Source: Perkinsela sp. CCAP 1560/9 (lineage: Eukaryota > Protista > Euglenozoa: Kinetoplastea). From it: a stretch of DNA of 64,000 nt. Numbering within the stretch: position 1 is the first letter of the stretch; every line of letters begins with the position of its first letter. The stretch is from the NCBI GenBank assembly GCA_965644495.1, contig CBFFSA010000004.1, positions 124,001 to 188,000 on the forward strand, in the 5' to 3' direction. Shown here in pieces: positions 34,434-45,368 of this stretch. A program made the translations under genes and the position numbers. The notes under the pieces are model-generated. The model did no database searches. It was not told the origin of the DNA and saw only the letters and a program-made list of their open reading frames with translations.

Positions 34434-35144
34434 TTACGGAATTACCTTCTTCACAAGATCCATTACATTTCCTCCCGGAACTTGAGAGGTTTCGTCCTTG
34501 AATGCACTGTCTTTAATGTACAGAGACGGGTTACCGTTCAAAAACAGACGACTCAGTCCTTTGGGGAGAGAACTCAAGCTGACATGACCATGAAAACGAT
34601 TGTTATTTAGAAAAAGTGAATTCATTGAGGAGGGAAGGTTTGTTAGATCCAACGGCCCACTGAATCGATTTCTTGCCAAGTTGAAAAAAAAGAGAGTTTG
34701 AGGCAACTTGGTGAGACAGATCTCTTCGGAAAAATTGTTGTCACTCAAGACCATGTAGCCCATAGTATCTGGAAGCGCAGTGAAGTCAGCTTCGCTATAA
34801 AAAAAATTACCATCCATGCAGAGAGTAGTAAGTTTAGGTGGCAGCTCCGTAAAAGGCACCTTTCCTTCGAGTTTATTGCTATTGAGATTGAACATAGCCA
34901 GAGTATGAGGAAGAAATTCCCACTGAAGATCCCCTGAAAGGCGGTATTCATCCCATTCGATTTTAATAACGTGTCCTTCCTCATCGCATGTGATTCCACT
35001 CCATTTACAAGCTGGATTGTCCATACTCCATGAGGGCCGATGACGGTACATGAAGAAGTTTTCAATGAGATGCGCAAGTTGATATTCTGGAGGCGGCAAG
35101 TTTCCTTGCACCTTTGCAGCCTTCAGTGGAACGCTCGTGTTCAT
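34434..35144 (-). CDS. LRR family protein (tandem cluster, type B)
   Basis: 236 aa from the ATG at 35144, with a unique 5' flank. Confidence 0.92.
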   Translation of the reverse strand: MNTSVPLKAAKVQGNLPPPEYQLAHLIENFFMYRHRPSWSMDNPACKWSGITCDEEGHVIKIEWDEYRLSGDLQWEFLPHTLAMFNLNSNKLEGKVPFTELPPKLTTLCMDGNFFYSEADFTALPDTMGYMVLSDNNFSEEICLTKLPQTLFFFNLARNRFSGPLDLTNLPSSMNSLFLNNNRFHGHVSLSSLPKGLSRLFLNGNPSLYIKDSAFKDETSQVPGGNVMDLVKKVIP

Positions 35145-35510
35145 TCTTTGGATCAGAAAATAAAATAAAAGAATGGGTGAAACTGAAGCAAATTTCATTT
35201 GTTTTTCTATTTTTTTCAATCAAATTTTCTGATTGTAGAAAATACATCTCGAAATATTTTACTTGTACATTTTTTGTATTTCTCGCTATTCATTTCGTCA
35301 TTTTCAGTTGCTTGGTCTATCTTTCCTTTAGTTAGATATATTTCCCTTAGTTAGATATATTTCTTCCCCGAAACAATTGGCGTTCCACTCGCATTTATGT
35401 GTCATGATTGTTGGAGTCACCCGCTATAGGTCATAGTTTTCTGGCCTCATCCTATGCAATTTATGGTAACTTGTGACTACCCCAGAGATAAGCGCATTTA
35501 ATATTTTTAA

Positions 35511-37502
35511 TTAGCGGACACCCGCCTTCCTCCACTCTTTTACCGCGGAGGATAGTATCGCGGCGTTGCCTTTTTGAATAGCCACATTAATGGCTTGTAG
35601 TGCATGACGCAGGAAACCTTTCCTGTCATACGTATGCCTTGCGATCTCCTTTAGGAGGAGTACGGTGCGCTTCCCTGCCACACCAAAAACGGTAAATGCA
35701 AGGGGGTAGAAATGCATACCCCTTTTCGTGTCACTGTGCGCTTTTGCTTTCAAGCTTTCCACCCTTTCTAGAGTGTTGCCAGGCGCTACCCATTCGGCCT
35801 TAACATAAGAAGGGGCGAGGGGGTTAACGACGGTCACGTCCACCAGACATATCTTCCCTCCCAGCATAAAGCAGACGTCGGGGCCCTGACCAGCAGAGAA
35901 TCGGGGTTCATGATTGTCAGGAGTGAATCCGTACTGTCGTAGCAAGTGCACGAAGGCATTCTTAACAAGTTTGTGGCGAGTGGCCGCAGTGTCGCCTTTG
36001 ACTTTATTGCAGTCAAGGGCGTGCACAACAAAATCTTTGTTTGAGAGGATGTCTCCGCGCTCACATTGTGCGAAAGGATCCGAAGTAGGTGCTATCAAGT
36101 ATCGCATGCGCATGGCTGTTTGCCATTCTGCGTCGCGCATGAAGTACTCACCCCGATTCCTACGCGCCTCTGTCCAATTGCGCGTTCTCTTGTCCATCAA
36201 CTGAAGTGAATGGACGTCATGTAGTTCGCTGGTTTCTTTACGCACTGCTGACTTCGATTCTTCATATCTTGTCAAGGCAGAACGTCGTCTTTCCATACAC
36301 CCTAATACCTCAGCTTTTGTGCGAGAATACAGAGTTGCCGCTTGCTGCGCAAAAGGTTTCGCCCCCAAAAGGTCGCCCGTCATGAGAGTACTGTGAAACG
36401 GGTTCTTTTCCAGGTCTTCGAAGCCTCCTAGCAGCTCTGAGGCACACTCCTGTATGGCCTTGTCCGCTAACACGTTGGCTTTTGCCGTTACCTCCGGCTC
36501 ATGACACCGCATTAGGTAGTTCCACCGGGGGACTCCACATCTCTTCAGCAAAATGTAAGCACTTTGTAACGAAAGATGTTGCAGCCGCTCCAGGAATGTC
36601 TGCAATTTAGGCATTTGGTTGACTACCCATCTGGTTTCATCCGCGCCTTCCTTGGAGACGAATGCACCTAGGAGCTTTTGTCCTTGCTCCGCATGCTCTA
36701 TGTTCATACCTCTGAAAGGAGCGTACTGGTCATTGAAATGCGTCGAAAGCTTACATTTGGCCGGATATACCTCCAGTCCTATTCCCGAAGCGTGATCACA
36801 GAGAGCGCCAAACGCCTGTGCGACACGTTCTGCCGGGCCGATGATTGAAAGGTCGTCTAGGTAAGCCCAAAGCGTCAGATCACTGAACTCATCCTTCAAT
36901 TTTCCAAGAATTTGGTGCAAGCCGAGAGAAAACAGTAACGGTCCTAATGGGTCGCCTTGTCGGACTCCCCTCAGAACCTTAGTCGGCGAACACGAGGAGT
37001 TAAATATCGTAGTTGGAGCCCCATATACATATGAGGTCACCCCGTATAGCTCGTGAAATTCATCATTTCCCCTTAGATACTGAAACACCGCGTTTCTTTC
37101 AATTGAATTGAAGGCGTTACGGATGTCTACTGTCAAGAGCACAAAGTCCGCTTTTTGACGAAACGCGTTTCTTGCCCTTAATATTATTTTAGGTCCTCCG
37201 TTTCTTGTTCCAACACCAAATTGTGTATCTTGGAAAAGTCTGCCCGTTGCTTCTGCTACCCTGTCCATGGCGATTTGGCTAGCCAATTTAAGAAAGATTT
37301 CCCCCATTGCTATAGGTCGGCAGGCTGGGGATCCTTCTACGGAAGGGCCCTCCTTGCGCAGCAAGATCAGAGTGGAGCTGGTTAAGACGTCCCTTAGCTG
37401 AGCGTCTCGGGAGTTTCGCAGCACTGCTGTAGCTATCCAAGTAACGCAGGCCACGATATCCTGGTCCTCTAGGAGCGGTATATTGGCGTTTCGTTGTTTC
37501 AA
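35511..37502 (-). mobile_element. 5'-truncated non-LTR retrotransposon, CRE/SLACS/CZAR clade (RT plus restriction-like endonuclease)
   Basis: RPIAMGE, QFGVG, VDIRNAFNS, GVRQGDPLGPLLF, AYLDD, a degenerate zinc knuckle (C..G...HALDC), RHKLV, PDV...VDVTV, and a C-terminal IQKGNA. Confidence 0.92.
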
Positions 37503-37914
37503 CTAGATTTTCATTTCGAGGTAGTTTTCAACGCAAAATGCGCAGCAGTAGCGTGAATATTTGAAAAACTTACTGAGTATTGGAGAGTATCCAAACGATC
37601 TAAAAATAAGAACCTGACAAAAATACGGGTGCCGTCACACCCCTCACTTCGCTTGCCAGAAAGGCAGAAAATTTACAGGTAGAAAAAGAGGAGAAGTCAC
37701 CCTGCAGGATAAGCCGCGTAATACCTCATCACCCCGTATACGTAAAATATTTCTTCACTAAAGACCACCGAAAATTGGGTTTGAAAAGTAAATTGTCTCA
37801 CAATACTCTTCCCACCCGTTGTGCTCTTTTTCGAAAATATCGTTTAGTCTTGCTGGGTGAGAGCACCCGTCAAGGCACTGTTGTATACGCAGCAAAAAGA
37901 AGAAGCTAAATAAA

Positions 37915-38496
37915 CTATGGGGTTATGTCCGTGTCTATCCAGCTATGAAGTCTTAAAGGCACAGGAAAGTCTGCAAGGCAAGCGCTTCCTGTAAGCTTTG
38001 TGTTGTACCCCAGAAAGAGCTCCTCAAGCCCGCTAGGCAAGTCATGAAAATAAACTCTACCTTCAAATTTGTTGCTCATAAGATAAACCTTTTGCATACT
38101 GGGAGGCAACTGTTGAAGTTGAATCGCACCCGTAAACTTATTGCCGCTTAGGTTAAGTATTATCAACCCTCGTGGAAATTCTTCAAAATTCACGGCCCCG
38201 GATAAGTTGTTGTCTTGAAGAAACAGATTCTCAAGGCTCCAGGGAAGATGTCGCCATTGGGGTTCACCTTCCAGATGACGGGCACTCCAACGTATGGCAC
38301 GCACCATGCCTGTTTTGTCACAATCCACATCGGCCCAATTCGAGACGGGTTGGCTCGCATTCCATGAGATGTGTGTTCCTTGAAGAGTTTGTATAAAAAC
38401 ACCAAGTTCGTATTCTGGAGGAAGATGTCCCCTAACTTTACTCGCACGATACAGTGGGGAAGTACGTCGGGTATCGGCAGGTTTTACAAGCTTCAT
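37915..38496 (-). CDS. LRR family protein
   Basis: ADT...RASKVRGHLPPEY, cap and LRRs. ATG at 38496. Confidence 0.9.
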   Translation of the reverse strand: MKLVKPADTRRTSPLYRASKVRGHLPPEYELGVFIQTLQGTHISWNASQPVSNWADVDCDKTGMVRAIRWSARHLEGEPQWRHLPWSLENLFLQDNNLSGAVNFEEFPRGLIILNLSGNKFTGAIQLQQLPPSMQKVYLMSNKFEGRVYFHDLPSGLEELFLGYNTKLTGSACLADFPVPLRLHSWIDTDITP

Positions 38497-38739
38497 GCAC
38501 ACAAAAACAAAAAGCAACAACAAAATATGGTTCTAAAATAAGATGATTAGAAGGTGTGGAAAAGGTGGTGTAGTTGAGATGCTGCACACGGAGATAATAT
38601 ACAAGGGGTACGGTTAGGTGAATACGAGGTGCTGTACGTGACAAATCAACTGTACGGATTCTGTAATGCAATAAAAAATAGCAAAAACGGATAAGAAAGG
38701 ATCAATCGCTAGGGGGGAGACTTTTGGTTGACACTTTTG

Positions 38740-39995
38740 ATAGTGTAGGCGATAACATGTTTACAATGGTCACACCCTGGAGTAATCGATGTAGTACATT
38801 ACTACCGATTACTACATTTTTCAGAAAACCACAACGAATCAATATACAGAATGTCCTCCATTGTTTTGCATTACTTTTCGAAGCCTATTGGAAACCGGAT
38901 CAATGGAGTTTAACACTTTTTATTTTTGAACGGGTCGTTTTAGGAAAGAAAAATATTTTTTAATGGCTCGTGCAAGGGTGGCGTAATCGTGAAGCTTAAT
39001 TAGCTTGTTTACAAATTTATCCGCTCTATTGCATAGCTATTGATGTTTGTACAGAATTATTGCTTGAGCCTCTAAGAAAGCCTCTAAGAAATTAGAGGAC
39101 TATTCAGTCTACACACATTCAAAAAACCCACAAAATCATGAAATAAATCGGAAAAAATAGTTGTGCGCACAAAAAACGTCCTAAAAATCCGTACTTTTTG
39201 CACCAGCGGGCACCAGGGGGTCTCTATGAAAAAAAGGCGGCAAAGCGCTTCTTTACGGGAACGAGATCTTTTCAATACTGCAAAAAATTCGTGGATTGCA
39301 AGCAAAGACAGGGTAGCTGTTAGGGAGGAGGGAGGTAGGAATATTAAGCACCATTGGGACACTTAATATTCCTGGTAGGAATAATACGAGGAATGCTAAC
39401 CCGGACAGTGGTTTATTTGTTTCATATACAGTGATAATCATAATAACGTCCTCTGGTGTGATAATTATACACCTTTAAAAAGGTGCTGTTCCCCCCGTTT
39501 AAGCGCACCTCGTTTTCCGTGAAAAGTGCGCTTAAACGGGAGGGGGTCTGAATCACTACACAAAAAAAAAGTGGCGCCGCTTTGCGGCCCCCGGCTCTGC
39601 ACCTCAACTATGTATGTGTGCTTAAACGGGGGGTCCGACCGTGTGCGCTTAAGGGGAGGAGGACAGTACATCCGAAAAATCATCCCCCCCCCAAAAAAAA
39701 ATATCATACATATCTTTAGAAGTTTTTGCTAAATCTCAACAACCTACGTAGGATATGACACCGATTGCGAGGAGTGTCACGAGGAGTGTCTTTATGTCGT
39801 ATCAGTCCTTCTTGTACCTGCCCCAATCATGTCCGAAACTGCTGCTCCACACTCTCAAAAGGCAGATGTAGTAATCGAGGTAGTAATCAGTATTCGGTGT
39901 AGTAATCAGTAACCAAAATGTAGTAATTTACTATCGATTAATCATCATGTAGTAATTTACTACAAGATTAATCCAGGGTACGAATGTTTGACACG
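38740..39995. mobile_element. Degenerate TIR element with GTAGTAAT subterminal repeats
   Basis: CCCTGGAGTAATC/ATTACTAC motifs on the left are inverted relative to (GTAGTAAT)n...GATTAATCCAGGG on the right. Confidence 0.5.
39486..39666. mobile_element. MITE of the CTGT-C-run TIR class
   Basis: CTGTTCCCCCCGTTTAAGCGCAC ... GTGCGCTTAAGGGGAGGAGGACAG-TA, with an internal GCGCCGCTTTGCGGC hairpin. Confidence 0.7.
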
Positions 39996-40091
39996 GCAAA
40001 TTAAAGATTTAAAGTCATTCAGACCCCTTAATTGATGACAGCATTTGATATTCCTACTTTATTATTTAAATGAACCACTATTATCGATTGA

Positions 40092-40721
40092 CTATTCCAT
40101 GGCAATCGGCTCTATCGTAATTCCTGTCCCTTTTACCTCAAAAAAGAAATACTCCTCATATTTCAAGGATGCACAGGTACCCGTAAGTCTCATGTTATGC
40201 GCGAGGTTCAATTTCACCAACGACGACGGAACAGCCTCAAAATCAAACACTCCCGAAAAGTTATTCCACTCCACGTCCAGTTTTTTCATTGCTCGCGGTA
40301 GCAATGCGGCCTCCAAATTTCCTTCCAGCTCGTTGAAGGAAAGATCCAAGGACTCCAACCCTCCCGGGAGACTTGCCAGCTGAAGTTTCCCGGTGAGTTG
40401 GTTACGCAGACCCAACCTGCGCGTGCGATCCCACCCACACGCTATGACCTCCACGGAGGCGGGGGTGTGCTCCCAACGCATCGGGCCCTTGAGCTCCATG
40501 CCGTTCCATTCTATCGTGGCGACCTCCCCGGAGGGGCTGACCCGGACCCCGGTCCATTGACTCGCTGGGGTGTCCCGGGTCCACTGCGCTGGAGCATTTT
40601 CTAAATCCTGAACCATACGAGAGAGAGAAAACTCCGGGGGGAGGTTAGCGCGGGAGACTTTCCCGCGGCGCGAAGATGAACGCGGCGGTTCCGTGTCACA
40701 ACAAGGATACAGTAGACGCAT
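40092..40721 (-). CDS. LRR family protein
   Basis: DT...RRGKVSRANLPPEF, a cap lacking the Cys pair (TPASQWTGVRV), and LRRs. Confidence 0.9.
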   Translation of the reverse strand: MRLLYPCCDTEPPRSSSRRGKVSRANLPPEFSLSRMVQDLENAPAQWTRDTPASQWTGVRVSPSGEVATIEWNGMELKGPMRWEHTPASVEVIACGWDRTRRLGLRNQLTGKLQLASLPGGLESLDLSFNELEGNLEAALLPRAMKKLDVEWNNFSGVFDFEAVPSSLVKLNLAHNMRLTGTCASLKYEEYFFFEVKGTGITIEPIAME

Positions 40722-40849
40722 GTAGAAATGAGAGATGAATCTACAAGTGTAGAAGGAAGAGGACCTTGGAACTATTTATAACACTTATTTAGATAGTTTT
40801 AATTATTTAGATAGATATTATAAACTACACTATACATATCCAAAATATA

Positions 40850-41601
40850 CAGGGGGGTAAATCAGATGCTGCGGGGGGTCTAAAAATTGCGAAACCTTTC
40901 CAACTTTGGAAAATGATAGCGCATTCGAGAGCTCTCGCAGAGTTCTATGTTTTAGAAAAGGCAGCTTCCCGGGGACAACGACTTCGTTTTCTTTAAAGGT
41001 TCTAAAACTTCTATTGTGGCAAGGAACATTATCCGAAAACGAAAAAATGAGCAAATTTGGGAAAAACTGCATATTTTAGAGGGGCAAAAAAACTTTAAAA
41101 AAATGCCATAAACAAAATTGCTTTCTTTTGAGGTGAAAATAGCGCAAAAACATAAAGGGGGGGTTCGTCTATTATTAACAAACTTTTTTGCTAATAATAG
41201 ACGGTTTGTTAATAATAGATGAAATAATACCCCCTTTTTCAATAAAAGATGAACTTTTCATCTATTATTAACAATAGACCTTTTCGGCTTATTTTAGGCT
41301 TGTTTCCTACCCTTGTCCCCAAGAATAACCCCACTTTTACGAAAAAAAGCTCCATGAAAGTTAGTTTTAGCGAATTTTCCTTTAGGGAAGCTGCGATAAA
41401 TGAAGAAAAATAATTCTTGTTAATAATATATGAATGTTAATAATAGATGAAATAATACCATTTTTAATAATAGATGGTTGTTAATAATAGACGAACCCCC
41501 CTTTTAGAACTCTGCGAGAGCTCTCGAATGAGCTATCCATTTCCAAAATTGGAAGGGTTTTGCAATTTTTAGACCCCCCGCAGCATCTGATTACCCGCCT
41601 G
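40850..41601. mobile_element. Non-autonomous Tc1-type element related to 24388-25940
   Basis: TIRs of about 100 bp (CAGG.GGGTAA...GGGGTCTAAAA...CATTCGAGAGCTCTCGCAGAGTTCTA) with TA flanks. Solo related ends lie at about 45963 and 58378. Confidence 0.88.
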
Positions 41602-41759
41602 TATGTATCACTATTTTTTCCGCAATAGAACCAAAACACGTTGTTCGCGCCACAGGCAGCCCGAAACTCCGTCAAAAAGGACTTTTTAAATAGGACAGTA
41701 GGCTACCACTTGTACAACATTACGAATGATAACTTTGCTCACTTCATTTTTCATGCGTA

Positions 41760-42620
41760 TTATTTCTTTTGCCCACGGACGTGACAAACTATTTTAGTTT
41801 TGTGTATGTACACCAGTGCTCTTGCTTGTGGTGTTGGAAACAACGTTTCAGAAAGAATGGACTCGTCAACCACACCGTAGATATCAGGGTTGTCATTTAC
41901 GTACATGTATTGCATTCCTGATGGAAGAGAATCAAAGATAACGAGGCCCGAAAAGCAATTGAAACTGGCACAAATACACTCAAGTAATGGTGGCAAGTGT
42001 TGCAATTGAAGGGGACCTGAAAATCGGTTTGCTGATATGTCAAGAAGTCGCATATTAGGCGGCAAATGCGAAAGATCGACGCCACCGGAAAATTTGTTGT
42101 ACGAGAGTCTTAATTCTTGCAGGCTAAGAGATAAATGGGCAAGATCTACACCTCCTTCAAACCGGTTGTGCTGCAGATGAATAAGGCGTATGGTAGCAGG
42201 CAAACACGTTAGACATATCCCACCGGTAAACCTGTTGTGCCGTAGTTCCAACTCAACCAAATGAGGTGGCAACGCTTCGAGAGTCACGGACCCAGATAGC
42301 TGATTATCCACGAAGATACCACGAACAAGCGATCGTGGTAAATATTCACATGAAAAATAACCTGTCAGACGCTTAAAACCCCAAGTCATCTCAACCACAT
42401 TGTTCGCAGAATCACATTTAACTCCTTCCCAATTGCATGGGGAGACGCTTTGGACATGTCCAAATGAATTCTTCTTAGTTGTACGCCATGACTCATGTTT
42501 TTCGGTGAAATTGTCAATAAATCGTTGGATCAAAGCTGCTTGAGGCAGTAACATAGGGGTAACCTTACCGCGACGTGAGTTGGAACCGCTGTCTTTCATA
42601 AGTGTGCCTCGTACGTTCAT
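41760..42620 (-). CDS. LRR family protein (longer, about 8 repeats)
   Basis: RRGKVTPMLLPQ, cap SPCNWEGVKC, and LRRs. Confidence 0.9.
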   Translation of the reverse strand: MNVRGTLMKDSGSNSRRGKVTPMLLPQAALIQRFIDNFTEKHESWRTTKKNSFGHVQSVSPCNWEGVKCDSANNVVEMTWGFKRLTGYFSCEYLPRSLVRGIFVDNQLSGSVTLEALPPHLVELELRHNRFTGGICLTCLPATIRLIHLQHNRFEGGVDLAHLSLSLQELRLSYNKFSGGVDLSHLPPNMRLLDISANRFSGPLQLQHLPPLLECICASFNCFSGLVIFDSLPSGMQYMYVNDNPDIYGVVDESILSETLFPTPQARALVYIHKTKIVCHVRGQKK

Positions 42621-43350
42621 TTGTACAAAATCGTAAAAGCAGTACTTACAGTCCGGTTTCAAAGATCCCTTTCACAGAACTACTGACTGTGGACGACAAC
42701 GAACTAATCCCGTTCGTTGAATATTCGACGTAGAGAGAGTAGAGACGTACACAAATCTTTGTTTTACCATTTTCTTTCTAAAAATATCCGAACTTGGCGG
42801 ACCCGTCCTGCGGATACCGGGGGGGGGGTCACCCCCGAGTAGGGGGGCAGAAATTACGCGCCAAGACCCCGGCTACCCCTTGAGGGACGAAAAAACTTTT
42901 TTTCGAAAAACGTTTCGTGCGGTATGCCCCTTCTAGAAATTTGGACCGCCGGAGCCCCTTATGTGAATCTTTCTTTTATTGTATTACTGTGTTCTTCTTT
43001 TTCACTGCTTTTGCCCACTTTATTTTTCAATAATCGATGGTAGAGCGGTAGTCATACAACCAGCGTAATTACTAGTAATTGCGGGACGTTTGACCCAAAA
43101 GGGGGCGTCCCTGGATTAAAGTTTCCCGTAAAAACAGCGTATGTACAAAGTATGTAAGTTCCGAGATGTATTTAGTTAGTCTAATCTGGAGTGTTTTGCT
43201 TATTACAAATACCCGCTTAGGTTCTCGATTCTTAGTTTCCAAGAATGCGGGATCTTTTACAAGTAAGAAAATCATTCCCAGGAAAGGCATAATGTTTCTC
43301 TCTATCTGCGTATCATTATGGTTCATGCAGTTTCCGCATTGTAGCTTGAA

Positions 43351-43980
43351 TCACACCAAAGAGGGATCTAAGGTTTGGACACAAGAGGGGAGGATTCCAG
43401 AAGGAAATGTTAGTCGCGTGTTGAAGAGCGTAAGCCGTTCTAGGCCATGAGGAAGTTTCGAAAGATCAGGTGTTCCTTTAATAGGATTGTCATGAAGGAA
43501 GATCTCCATCATGGTTTCTGGAAAAGCGGTAAAATCCGGACTGCCCCGTATCTTGTTTGTGCTCAGATCCAATACGAGAAGCGAAGGAGGAAGATCACTT
43601 ACTTCAAGGGACCCGCTGATACCCAGACGGCAAAGAATCAGCTCTAAGAGACCTCGCGGTAATGATGCAAAATCAACGAGTGGAATATCGCCATTTATGT
43701 ACACACAACCGCTGTCAAACCTAAATCCTGAACTCAAATCCAAATGCAACAAAGAGCTCGACAAGTGAGACCAATGTAGTTGACCAGAAATCCCAAGACG
43801 ATCTCACTGCAACCTTTGAACACGATTTTTCTCATCACACATCACACCCTGCCACTCACATGCGGGTGTATGCGTAGTCCACGATTTTCGAGGGTTCGGA
43901 ATATCTTTGATGAAGAGAGCGAGAGTGTACTCTTGCGGTAAATCTGCACCACGAACTCGATGTGCCACGCTGTCCGACAT
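43351..43980 (-). pseudogene. LRR paralog of 10656-11273 with one premature stop
   Basis: In frame throughout except TGA at the conserved Trp (RLQ*DRLG, 43804-43806). Confidence 0.85.
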
Positions 43981-44679
43981 ACTTATAAATCAAGAAGGTT
44001 ACCAATTGAAACGATTATTAAGGATAAAAGTAATTAAGGCAGAACGAATTTAAAAATTAATTATTGCCTCAATTAAAGTTGCCTTAATTAAAGTGGCGCT
44101 GATAAAAGCCCAAAAAAGTTCGTATTAATATTGTTGTTTGTAGCATAAGTATCACATTTCTGCTAAAAGTGCTCAATTTCTGATCATTTGTCATGTTTTT
44201 CGAACTTTTCTAGACGAGCTTCGCCCGTTTCGCCTACCTTTACGGTCTTCAACCAGTTCAACGTGTGAGAGAAAAGCTAAAACGATCATTGAAAGAAGTC
44301 TGAGACGAAATCATGAAATTAATTTTCCCCAAAATGATAAAAAATTAATTATTGCCTTAATTAAAGTTGCCTTAATTTTATTTACCCTTAATTGAAGTTT
44401 CTACGGTATATCGAAGCTAAGTTCGTACGCTAGTGTGTTCGAACGTACATGTGTGTATTCTACATGTGTGTATTCTTATTTCTACATGTACATGTATTAG
44501 AATACATGTATGTATTCTATTGTACGATACTTGACCATACAAGTATTCTACATAAAGTTTTTGTAAAAGTAAAGCGAATCCGATAGAGCAGTGATGAATA
44601 GTTCGACTTACATGTCGAATTACTTACATGTATGAATTGACTCGATTTTGAACAAACGTTTGTAGAATAGTTTTTTTTT

Positions 44680-45368
44680 GGGTACAGACCACTTATATTG
44701 CACCCACTTTCAAAATAATGATATGAATGCATTGAAATGTTTTCTTGCGCAGTGTAATTTCACACACTTTATCTCACTTCCTCCATCCGCCTACTTTACG
44801 TCAAAAAAATGTTGCAGTACGCTTAAAGTTGGCCACTTTACACGTCAAATGCCCATGCACAGATAAAATGCTTGTGGGCAGATAAACTGCCAATGGACAG
44901 ATAAAATGTCACAAAAAAAAGCTTGGCGTCAGTGCCACATGGCAGTGGAGGGGAAGACCGCTAGGAGGTCCCGCCTCCTGCTAGGAGGTGAGTGTCCTCC
45001 CATGTTGGACCATGCTGCCCCATATTAGGGCTGTGGGAAATATTGAGAAGACTCCTAGTTTACCTGTCTGGAGGTAAGGCCCAACTTTGAGCGTAGCCCA
45101 CGTCTGTGAGCAAAGCCCAACTGTGGGCGTATCCCTGGTACAGAATTATATTTTAGCTCCCCTGCACACAGAGGCGAGCGGGGGCGCGTACTAAGAACCA
45201 ACGTTTGTCCCTTCCGCAGGCTTATGTACTTGTTTTCCTATGTTGTGTGACCGGGCGTGTGATCCAGTAGCTTTTTAGGATATGCTGTCCATTTCAACTC
45301 TGTGGCACAGTTTGACCCAAAAAATAGAAAAGTGGGTGCTATATACTTATTGTAAGTGGGCATTACCC
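44680..45368. mobile_element. Second copy of the 687-bp MITE
   Basis: Near-identical to 32838-33524. The empty site is visible in the paralogous repeat at about 49300-49560. Confidence 0.9.

Larger units (their letters stand above)
28430..35144. repeat. Segmental tandem duplication of a two-LRR-gene unit (about 28430-30589 and 32392-35144)
   Basis: Spacer 29209-29776 is nearly identical to 33867-34433, and the 3' flanks are shared. Confidence 0.9.

Noticed and set aside
35511-37502. RT beside variable LRR genes as a DGR or retron system
   Set aside because: The RT has non-LTR CRE-clade motifs and a REL endonuclease. LRR differences are not visibly adenine-restricted, and there is no TR/VR pair.
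43804-43806. Stop-codon reassignment (TGA or TAG at Trp positions here and at position 19)
   Set aside because: These are isolated TGG->TGA/TAG changes in decaying copies. Intact genes use TGG for Trp and end in TAA, TAG or TGA.
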